Source: Acidimicrobiia bacterium (GTDB taxonomy: Bacteria; Actinomycetota; Acidimicrobiia; Acidimicrobiales; Aldehydirespiratoraceae). Taken from it: 64,000 bases of DNA. Location: assembly GCA_022819505.1 (NCBI GenBank), contig JAJEHD010000015.1:1538-65537 (forward strand), read 5' to 3'. Shown in pieces: positions 53,861 through 61,153 of the stretch (positions within the stretch are counted from its first letter, which is position 1; the number at the start of each line of letters is the position of its first letter). The notes under the pieces were generated by a model. That model worked only from the letters and a program-made list of their open reading frames with translations, was not told the DNA's origin and made no database searches. The position numbers were made by a program, and so were the translations under genes.

Positions 53861-55108
53861 GTGAGTGATCTGCTGAGCGGCGTGCGGGTGCTCGAGTCCG
53901 CGGTGCTGCTCAACGGCGACACCCTGGGCATGCTGCTCGGCGACCTGGGGGCCGACGTGATCAAGGTCGAGGCGCCGCCGGCAGGCGACTATCTACGCGA
54001 CATCCTCGGGCAGATCGAGCCGCGGCACAGCCCGGCCCACCTGCAGGCCAACAAGAACAAGCGCAGCATCGCGCTCGACCTCGGCAGCGCCGGGGGCCGG
54101 GAGGTGCTGTGGGACCTCCTCGAGGGGGCCGATGTGTTCGTCGACGGCTTCACCGCGGGGGCCGCCGACCGGCTGGGCATCGGCTACGAGCAGCAGCGCA
54201 GCCGCAAGCCCGGCATCGTCTACTGCCAGTACACCGGCTTCGGCTCCGTCGGCCCCTACGCCCGGATGCCTGCCCACGGCCAGATGATGAACGCCGGCGC
54301 GGCCGCGGTGACGCTCGCCGTTGGGGACGACGGCTTCGTGCGGCCGGCCGAGAACCGCGAGCTGATGTGGGGCACCTCCATCGGAGGCGACGGCACCGCG
54401 GCCGGCGCCGTCCACGCCGCACTCCGGGTGGCTGCCGCGCTGTACCGGCGCCAGGTCACCGGCGAGGGATGCTTCCTGGACGTCTCCGCAGCCGACGCGG
54501 TGGTGGCCCAAGGCTGGATCGGCGCGGTCTACGGCCTCAACTACGACCGGATCACCGACCACACCGGTCTCAAGGACCCCGGCGCGGAGCCGCTGACCGG
54601 AGCCAAGTACCAGTACTACCGCACATCCGACGAGCGGTTCGTGCTGTTCTGCTGCATCGAGCCCAAGTTCTGGGAGCGCTTCTGCCGGCTGGTGGGACGC
54701 GACGATCTCATCGTCGCGCAGCTGGAGCCGGGCCCTGTCGACTTCGCCCGGGACGCCGACGAGCTGCGCCGTGAGCTGCAATCCGTCTTCGAGACCCGCA
54801 CCCAGCGCGAGTGGGTGGACATGGCCATCCGCGAGCGGGTTCCGATCGGCCCGGCCCACCAGGGGGTGGCCAGCCTCAGGGACGACCCCCAGTTGGCGGC
54901 CCGGCAGATCCTGGTTGAGGGCCGTCATCCGATCGCGGGACCCTTCACCTACGTCGGCGAACCGGCGATCGTCGATGAGCAGCCCTACGCGCTGCGCCGT
55001 CCCGCCCCCGGGTTCGGTGCCCACACCACCGAGATCCTCACGGAGATCGGTTACGACGAGTCCCGTATAGCAGAGCTGTTCGCCGGCGGCATCATCGCCG
55101 GCGACTGA
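53861..55108 (+). CDS. family-III (CaiB/BaiF) CoA-transferase
   Basis: Contains LSGVRVLESAVLLNGDTLGMLLGDLGADVIKVE and ANKNKRSIALDL. Confidence 0.85.
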   Translation: MSDLLSGVRVLESAVLLNGDTLGMLLGDLGADVIKVEAPPAGDYLRDILGQIEPRHSPAHLQANKNKRSIALDLGSAGGREVLWDLLEGADVFVDGFTAGAADRLGIGYEQQRSRKPGIVYCQYTGFGSVGPYARMPAHGQMMNAGAAAVTLAVGDDGFVRPAENRELMWGTSIGGDGTAAGAVHAALRVAAALYRRQVTGEGCFLDVSAADAVVAQGWIGAVYGLNYDRITDHTGLKDPGAEPLTGAKYQYYRTSDERFVLFCCIEPKFWERFCRLVGRDDLIVAQLEPGPVDFARDADELRRELQSVFETRTQREWVDMAIRERVPIGPAHQGVASLRDDPQLAARQILVEGRHPIAGPFTYVGEPAIVDEQPYALRRPAPGFGAHTTEILTEIGYDESRIAELFAGGIIAGD

Positions 55109-55139
55109 CAGCGCCGGCCGCCGCCCGACGCGGGGGTCT

Positions 55140-56549
55140 TCAGTCCAGCACGGTGGCCGAGCCGCCCCTGCGGGCGTCTGCCGCCGCTTCCAAGCGGCCC
55201 TGGTGCCATCCCACAATCTGCGCGGCCCCGAACCCCTCCGGGCCGGGCGAGCGGGACAGCGCAGCCGGATGCACCCCGGCGAGCTCATGACCGGTTTCCA
55301 GGGCCAGGTCGCCTCCGAAGCACACCTTGAAGCGGGGCCGGTCGACCGCCGCCTGGGGTCCCAGCCCCTCCAGGACCATGCGGACGATGAGCTGCACCTG
55401 GGCCTGGGGCTGCATGATCCCGCCGGCCACGCCCAGCACGCAGCCAAGGCGGCCGTCGCGGGTCACCAGCCCGGGGATGGTGGTGTGGGGCGGTTTCGCT
55501 CCCGGCTGCGGCTCCAGGCTCAGCATCCGCAAGGTGGTGGCCCGGTTGTGGATGGGTCCGCCGATCTCGTCCACGCCCAGGTGCGCGCCGAAGTCGCCGA
55601 ACACGGAGGTGATCAGCGACACGGCCGTCCCGTCGTGGTCGACCATAGCCAGGAAGGTCGTGTCGCCGGTGGCCCGCTTGGGCCGACCCACGACGATGGC
55701 GGCCGGATCGAACCCGGCAGCTTGCATCCCTTCGGAGGTCGCCGCCAGCACGGCCTCCCAGTCCACGGGTGCAACAGCCTCAAGACATTCCAGCGCGCCG
55801 AGCACGCTCGGTCCCTGCGTCGGTGAGGGCATCTGCCACACCGTGTGCCCCGCGAAGTCGACCATGCCGGGCTCCACCGCCATCGTCCGGTGCCGGGCCA
55901 TGTCAGCCTCCGACAGGAAGCCCCCGTCCCGGCGAACCCGCTCCACGATGGCTGCTCCGATCGGGCCGCCGAGCACGGCCTGGCTGCCTTCGGACGCGAT
56001 CACGTCGAGGCACTCGGCCAGCCGCGGGTTGCGGACCAGAGCGCCCTCGGCAATCGGCGTGCCCTCGGGTACGTAGAGAGGGCCTAGCACGGGGTCGGAT
56101 GCCAACGACCCCCCGCTGCGGGCCGCGGTGGAGGCAAGGGTTGGGCGCACCTCGAAGCCGGAGGCCGCGTACTGCCGGGCCGGCCCGACCGCGTCGGCCA
56201 GGCTGATGGTGCCGTGCTCCGCCAGCGCCGTCTCCAGCAGTGCCACCGCGCCTGGAGGCGTGACCGAGGCGCCGCCCCGGGCCGGTACGGCGTCGTGGCC
56301 CGATTGCCGCAGCCCTTCAGTGGTCAATTCCAACGGGACGGCGCCGGAGCCGTCGAGGGCGGCCGGTGCCCCCTCGCCGTCGTGCACGAACATGAACCCG
56401 TCCCCGCCGACTCCGCAGGACTGGGGCTCGACGACGTAGAGCACGAAGCAGGCGGTTACCGCAGCGTCCACGGCGTGGCCGCCGTCGGAGAGCACCTCTA
56501 CGGCCGCCGCCGTCGCCCGTGGATCGGAGGTGGCCACCGCCGCGGTCAT
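55140..56549 (-). CDS. gamma-glutamyltranspeptidase-family Ntn hydrolase, no signal peptide
   Basis: Contains GGHAVDAAVTACFVLYVVEPQSCGVGGDGF and the processing-site-like GDTTFLAMVD. Confidence 0.8.
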   Translation of the reverse strand: MTAAVATSDPRATAAAVEVLSDGGHAVDAAVTACFVLYVVEPQSCGVGGDGFMFVHDGEGAPAALDGSGAVPLELTTEGLRQSGHDAVPARGGASVTPPGAVALLETALAEHGTISLADAVGPARQYAASGFEVRPTLASTAARSGGSLASDPVLGPLYVPEGTPIAEGALVRNPRLAECLDVIASEGSQAVLGGPIGAAIVERVRRDGGFLSEADMARHRTMAVEPGMVDFAGHTVWQMPSPTQGPSVLGALECLEAVAPVDWEAVLAATSEGMQAAGFDPAAIVVGRPKRATGDTTFLAMVDHDGTAVSLITSVFGDFGAHLGVDEIGGPIHNRATTLRMLSLEPQPGAKPPHTTIPGLVTRDGRLGCVLGVAGGIMQPQAQVQLIVRMVLEGLGPQAAVDRPRFKVCFGGDLALETGHELAGVHPAALSRSPGPEGFGAAQIVGWHQGRLEAAADARRGGSATVLD

Positions 56550-56585
56550 CGGCGGGATCCGCTCAGTTACAGGTCTCGGCGGCGG

Positions 56586-57740
56586 TCACAGCCGCAGGTA
56601 CCGCTCGGCGTTGGTGGACATCAGCTTGGTCATGACGTCGCGGCCGAGACGGTCCTCCCACTCGAGCGCGATGTCGGGCGAGCGGGGGAACTCGGCCTGG
56701 TTGTGCGGATAGTCCGACGAGAACATCAACACGCCGTCGCCGAGGATCTCGTTGATGCTGGCGGCCAGCGCGGCACCCTCGTACAGTTCGATGCCGCAGT
56801 AGATGTGACCCGCCCGGGCGTACTCCACCGGCGTCATCTTGCACTCGGGCAGTGCGTTGGCCATGTAGTCGGCCTGGCCCTGCAGCCGGATCAGCCAGGC
56901 CGGCAGCCAGCCGGCGCTGCACTCCGAAAACCCGATGCGCAGCCTCGGGAAGCGGTCGAACATGCCGCTGAGCGTCATGTAGCCGAGCAGCCGGGCCGCA
57001 CCCCAGGGATGGGCTGCCGCCCGGGCCACCACCACGTTGCCCCAGATGTCGCGGTACCCGGGGAAGTAGGGAGGCTCGTAGAAGAAGGAGTGGTGCAGCA
57101 GGGGCAGGTCGTGCTCGTCGAGCGCGGCCCAGATCGGGTCCAGCTCCGGGTCGTCGACCGGCACCTCCTCGGGGAGGATGGCGCTGGCGGCGCCGACCCA
57201 CGGCTCGGGGCCGAGCCTGGCCACGATCTCGGCTGAGGCCTGCGGGTCGCGGGCCGGCAGCAGGATGGTGGCCTTGAGCCGGTCGGTGTCGACCGAGCAG
57301 TACTCGGCCACGTAACGGTGATAGGCCTCGTAGAGCTCGGTGGCCAGCTCCGCGTCCAGGGCGGTGGCCGCGTTGGCGAACGTGCCGGGAATGATGACAT
57401 GGACGTCGACCCCCTCGATGTCCATGTCCGACAGCCGTCCGGCGCTGTTGAGGTTGCTCACGTCGGGCGCCGGAGGCGTCTTGAAGGTCTTGCTGACGCT
57501 TCGCTTCAGCGGGCTCTCGCCGCCCTTGGTGGCCTCCTCGCCCCGATGCGGCGTGCCCAGGGCCCGGTCGTACTTCATGGGACTGATGCTCAGGAAGTGG
57601 CCGCCCAGCGTGACCGGCTGCTTGTACTGGTCGAGCTCGCCCCAGCGCTCGCGCAGGCGGGCCGACGCGTAAATCTCCAGGGTTTCGAGGTTGGGACCGA
57701 CGTGGGTGTCGGTGTCGATGATCCGGTAGCCGTTCTTCAC
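56586..57740 (-). CDS. amidohydrolase_2 family protein (paralog of 34338..35498)
   Basis: Contains IIDTDTHVGPN and MFSSDYPHNQ. The GTG start follows GGAGAGGAAG. Confidence 0.8.
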   Translation of the reverse strand: MKNGYRIIDTDTHVGPNLETLEIYASARLRERWGELDQYKQPVTLGGHFLSISPMKYDRALGTPHRGEEATKGGESPLKRSVSKTFKTPPAPDVSNLNSAGRLSDMDIEGVDVHVIIPGTFANAATALDAELATELYEAYHRYVAEYCSVDTDRLKATILLPARDPQASAEIVARLGPEPWVGAASAILPEEVPVDDPELDPIWAALDEHDLPLLHHSFFYEPPYFPGYRDIWGNVVVARAAAHPWGAARLLGYMTLSGMFDRFPRLRIGFSECSAGWLPAWLIRLQGQADYMANALPECKMTPVEYARAGHIYCGIELYEGAALAASINEILGDGVLMFSSDYPHNQAEFPRSPDIALEWEDRLGRDVMTKLMSTNAERYLRL

Positions 57741-57776
57741 CAGGCTTCCTCTCCGTCTCGGGAGCCAGCGACTCGA

Positions 57777-57794
57777 TATAGAGTATACTCATTG
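57777..57794. promoter_or_regulatory. AT-rich box, site 9 of 10 (TATAGAGTATACTCATTG), in a divergent promoter region
   Basis: It has the perfect AGTATACT core and lies between starts 57740 (minus strand) and 57862 (plus strand). Confidence 0.6.
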
Positions 57795-57796
57795 CG

Positions 57797-57825
57797 TTGA
57801 CGGAGGGTCGGGCCGGGATTAGCGT
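57797..57825 (+). promoter_or_regulatory. possible sigma-70-type promoter TTGACG-N17-TAGCGT for 57862..58805
   Basis: The -35 TTGACG is at 57797-57802 and the -10 TAGCGT (TANNNT) is at 57820-57825. It lies ~36 nt upstream of the ATG. Confidence 0.3.
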
Positions 57826-57861
57826 CTTGCCCGTTCCGTTCGCCCGATCCGGAGGGCCCTG

Positions 57862-58314
57862 ATGGAGAACGTTGTTCGGGTCCAGCACCATGTGACCTAC
57901 GAGGCGGCCGCCGAGTCGCTCGCCGCTGGCATCGCTAAGGCCCGTGAGCTGGGCGTGCGCGCCGGCATAGTCGTGGTCGACTCCTTCGGCGAGATCGTCG
58001 CCGCGGCCAAACTCGACGGGGCCAATCCCAAGGCCTGGCGGGGCGGCCTGGGCAAGGCCCTGTTCGCCTCGGGCCTAGGTGTTCCCACCGAGGACTTCAT
58101 CGAGAAGCGCCTCAAGTCCGACGACGTGCTGTACCGGGCCCTGTCGTCCAATCCCGACACGTTCATCGTGCCCGGGGGGTTTCCCCTGCGGTACGACGGC
58201 AAGCCGGTCGGCGGTGTGGGCGTCAGTGGCGGGCACTACACCGACGACTCGAAGGTGGCCAAGGCGGTCGCCGACCGCTACGCGGAACTGGTGGCCCAGG
58301 CCGGGGGAGGGTGA
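57862..58314 (+). CDS. GlcG/HbpS-like (DUF336) heme-binding family protein
   Basis: Contains GGFPLRYDGKPVGGVGVSGG. A GGAGGG SD is present. Confidence 0.75.
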   Translation: MENVVRVQHHVTYEAAAESLAAGIAKARELGVRAGIVVVDSFGEIVAAAKLDGANPKAWRGGLGKALFASGLGVPTEDFIEKRLKSDDVLYRALSSNPDTFIVPGGFPLRYDGKPVGGVGVSGGHYTDDSKVAKAVADRYAELVAQAGGG

Positions 58315-58805
58315 CCATGGCCGAGGACTCCTTGGTCGACTGGGACGAGCGGGCCGCCGCCGCCGGCATCGTCATTCCCGAGCCGCTGCCGGCCCAGCCG
58401 CTGTTCCCGGGGGCGGTCATCGACGGATCGACCGCCTACACCTCGGGGATCGTGGCCGTGGAGGGCCCCCCGTGGAAGATGGTCTACGCGGGCTCGGTCG
58501 GCGACGACATCAGCGTCGAGGATGCCCAGAAGTCGGCGGCCCTGGCCATGGTCTGCACCCTCGCCAACCTCAAGGGCACGCTGGGCGGCAGCCTCAACCG
58601 GGTCGACCGGTTCGTGAAGCTGATGGGCTTCGTGCGCTGCCGCACCGACTTCATGCAGGCACCGACCGTCATCAACGGCGCCTCAGAGGTGCTGCTCAAC
58701 ATCTTCGGCCAGGACCGCTTGCCGGCCCGGTCGGCCATCGGTGTCGCCGCTCTGCCGGGCGGGGCCAGCGTCGAGATCGACGCGGTGGTGCGCCTGCGCG
58801 ACTAG
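58311..58805 (+). CDS. RidA/YjgF-like family protein
   Basis: The C-terminal ARSAIGVAALPGGASVEIDAVV is typical. The start is GTG 58311 (overlapping the upstream stop) or ATG 58317. Confidence 0.7.
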   Translation: MTMAEDSLVDWDERAAAAGIVIPEPLPAQPLFPGAVIDGSTAYTSGIVAVEGPPWKMVYAGSVGDDISVEDAQKSAALAMVCTLANLKGTLGGSLNRVDRFVKLMGFVRCRTDFMQAPTVINGASEVLLNIFGQDRLPARSAIGVAALPGGASVEIDAVVRLRD

Positions 58806-58822
58806 TCGTCTACGGCGGCGGC

Positions 58823-59017
58823 TCAGTCCTCTATGACGATGGCTCGCTCGGGGCAGCCGATCTCAGCTCGTCGCACCGCATCCTGCTGGTGTTCGGGGAC
58901 CTCTTCGGACTCGACGTAGGAGTGGCCGTCCTCCTCGCGGAGCTTGAAGACCTCCGGGGCGGCCATGGCACACAAGGTGTGGCCCTGGCAGACATCGTCC
59001 AGCACCTTGACCCTCAT
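58823..59017 (-). CDS. small single-cluster ferredoxin (CxxHxxC...CP, 3Fe-4S type, P450 redox-partner class)
   Basis: ATG at 59017 follows GAGGAG. Contains MRVKVLDDVCQGHTLC...IGCPERAI. Confidence 0.75.
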   Translation of the reverse strand: MRVKVLDDVCQGHTLCAMAAPEVFKLREEDGHSYVESEEVPEHQQDAVRRAEIGCPERAIVIED

Positions 59018-59068
59018 AGCGGCTCCTCGTTGCGCCCGGCAGGCCGGCCCCAAGCGAGACCGACCGGC

Positions 59069-59086
59069 AATTCAGTATGCTATATG
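59069..59086. promoter_or_regulatory. AT-rich box, site 10 of 10 (AATTCAGTATGCTATATG), in a divergent promoter region
   Basis: It lies between the ferredoxin gene (minus strand) and the amidohydrolase-GntR operon (plus strand). Confidence 0.55.
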
Positions 59087-59142
59087 AGCGTCACCCGATG
59101 TCGTTCGCCCCAGCGCCACGACCTGACACGACAGGGACACCA

Positions 59143-60324
59143 ATGACGGCGACAACGACGGCGCCCGCACCGACCCGACTGGACTACGACCTGTTCAGCG
59201 TCGATGACCACATCATCGAGCCCCCCGGAGTCTGGGTCGACAGGATCCCCGCGAAGTACCAGGACGCCTGCCCCCGGGTGGTGGCCCGCGACGACGGCAC
59301 CGAGGCCTGGCAGTACGAGGGCGAGCAACTGGCCACCATGGGCCTGAACGCGGTGGCGGGAAAGCCCCACAAGGACTTCGCCATGGACCCCGCCAGCTAC
59401 TCCGACATGATCGAGGGCTGCTACAACCCGCGCGTCCGGGCCGCGGACCTGCTGCGCGACGGGGTCCGGGGCAGCGTGTGCTTCCCGACGTTCCCCCGCT
59501 TCGCGGGCCAGCGCTTCCTCACCGCCAAGGACAAGGAGCTGGCCGACCTGTGCGTGAAGGCCTACAACGACTGGATGCTCGAAGAATGGTGCGACGCGGT
59601 TCCCGGCATGTACGTGCCGATGATGATCGGGCAACTGTGGGACCCGCAGTTGATGGCTGCTGAGGTGCGGCGATGCGCCGCGCTGGGTGTGCGCGCCGTC
59701 ACCTTCCCCGAGAGCATGGCCCCCTTCGGGGAGCCGTCGTTCCACACCACCCACTGGGACCCGGTGTGGAACGCGGTCACCGAGGCCGACATGGTGATCT
59801 GCATTCACATCGGCACCAGCGGCCGCACCCACATGCCCTCCGAGGACGCCTCATTCTCGGTGGCGGTGGCCCTCGGCCCGGTGAACGCCCAGATCACCTT
59901 CATGGATCTGCTGCTGTGCGGGATACCCCAGCGCTTCCCCACCATCAAGATCGCCCTGTCGGAGGGCGGGATCGGCTGGGTCCCGTTCGCCCTCGAACGC
60001 GTCGACCGCACCTGGGAGCGCCACCGATACTGGGCGAAGCTGGACGACACGCCGCCCTCGGAGCTGTTCCGCCGCAACTTCTGGGTGTGCTTCATCGACG
60101 AGACCGCCGGCATCGAGGCCCGCCACCACATCGGGGTGGACAAGATCATGTGGGAGTGCGACTACCCGCACGCCGACACGCCCTGGCCCCAGAGCCAGCA
60201 GGACGTGCACCGGTCCCTGGCGGGCGTCCCGGCCGACGAGGTTGCCGCCATGACCCACGGCAACGCCGAGAAGCTGTTCCGCTGGTCGCAGCGCCCCGAC
60301 GTCGCCTCGGTTCTGAGCAACTAG
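59143..60324 (+). CDS. amidohydrolase_2 family protein
   Basis: Contains LFSVDDHIIEPP and MWECDYPHADTPW. The start is uncertain: ATG 59143 follows AGGGA, and the alternatives are 59098 and 59077. Confidence 0.75.
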   Translation: MTATTTAPAPTRLDYDLFSVDDHIIEPPGVWVDRIPAKYQDACPRVVARDDGTEAWQYEGEQLATMGLNAVAGKPHKDFAMDPASYSDMIEGCYNPRVRAADLLRDGVRGSVCFPTFPRFAGQRFLTAKDKELADLCVKAYNDWMLEEWCDAVPGMYVPMMIGQLWDPQLMAAEVRRCAALGVRAVTFPESMAPFGEPSFHTTHWDPVWNAVTEADMVICIHIGTSGRTHMPSEDASFSVAVALGPVNAQITFMDLLLCGIPQRFPTIKIALSEGGIGWVPFALERVDRTWERHRYWAKLDDTPPSELFRRNFWVCFIDETAGIEARHHIGVDKIMWECDYPHADTPWPQSQQDVHRSLAGVPADEVAAMTHGNAEKLFRWSQRPDVASVLSN

Positions 60325-61040
60325 TGCCCAACCACCGGCTCCCGGCTGCGCCGGGCCGCAAGCTCGGAGAGGTCCTCGCCGAGACCATCGAGAACGAGAT
60401 CATCGCGTCCGGCTGGAAGGTCGGCGACGTCGTCGGATCGGAGTCCGAGCTGTGCGAGCGCTACGGCGTGAGCCGGGCCGTGTTCCGGGAGGCCATACGC
60501 ATCGTGGGCCATCACGGCGTGGCCGAGATGCGCCGCGGGCCCGGCGGGGGCCTGGTGGTGCTGGCGCCGAGCGTGGACGCCGCGGTCCGCACCGTGTCGC
60601 TGAACCTCGAGTTCCTCGACATCAACGCGGCCCAGATCAACGACGCTCGCCTCGCCCTCGAGCTGAGCTGCGTCGAGAGCGCCGTCGAGAACCTCAACGC
60701 CGACGGCGAGCGCCGGATCAAGGAGTTCCTAGATACCGAGATCGAGCGGATCATCACCGGCCGCGAGGCCGGTCGGGCCAGCGACGACTACGCCAGCAAC
60801 GACTTCCACCTCCTGCTCGCCGAGCTGACCGGCAACCCGGCCATGGAGCTGTTCGTGCAGATACTGAGCCGGGTGACCAGCCGTCACTCCACCAGAGCGG
60901 TCTCTCTGGAGGACACCGCCAAGGAGGTCCACAGGGCGCACGCTCGCATCGCCGAGGCCATCCTGGAGCGGGATACCCAGACCGCGCAGCGGCGCCTGCA
61001 CCGGCACCTCGACCTGGTAGTCGAGTACCTGAACCCCTGA
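60324..61040 (+). CDS. GntR-family transcriptional regulator, FadR subfamily (FCD effector domain)
   Basis: The GTG start overlaps the upstream TAG. The wHTH region reads SESELCERYGVSRAVFREAIRIVGHHGVAEMRRGPGGG. The FCD region has DFHLLLAELTGNPA and HRAHARIAEAILERD. Confidence 0.85.
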   Translation: MPNHRLPAAPGRKLGEVLAETIENEIIASGWKVGDVVGSESELCERYGVSRAVFREAIRIVGHHGVAEMRRGPGGGLVVLAPSVDAAVRTVSLNLEFLDINAAQINDARLALELSCVESAVENLNADGERRIKEFLDTEIERIITGREAGRASDDYASNDFHLLLAELTGNPAMELFVQILSRVTSRHSTRAVSLEDTAKEVHRAHARIAEAILERDTQTAQRRLHRHLDLVVEYLNP

Positions 61041-61153
61041 AACTCGTCGCGCCGCGGCGTGGTGATTCCCGCTCTTGTTCGCTGCGCTCACGGGCCGCTC
61101 GGGCCACGGCCTCGCCCGTATGCGCCCGGTTCGCTCGCCTATTGGCTCGGCCT

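Noticed and set aside
55140-56549. The GGT-family protein without a signal peptide, considered as a possible anomaly.
   Set aside because: Cytoplasmic GGT-like Ntn hydrolases are widespread. It has the normal motif set, and nothing beyond family membership can be inferred by eye.
61041-61153. Search for an intrinsic terminator between the convergent GntR and binding-protein genes (a CGCCGCGGCG palindrome and ACGGGC...GCCCGT).
   Set aside because: Only weak, short or wide-looped pairings are present, with no U-tract. They are not convincing enough to annotate.
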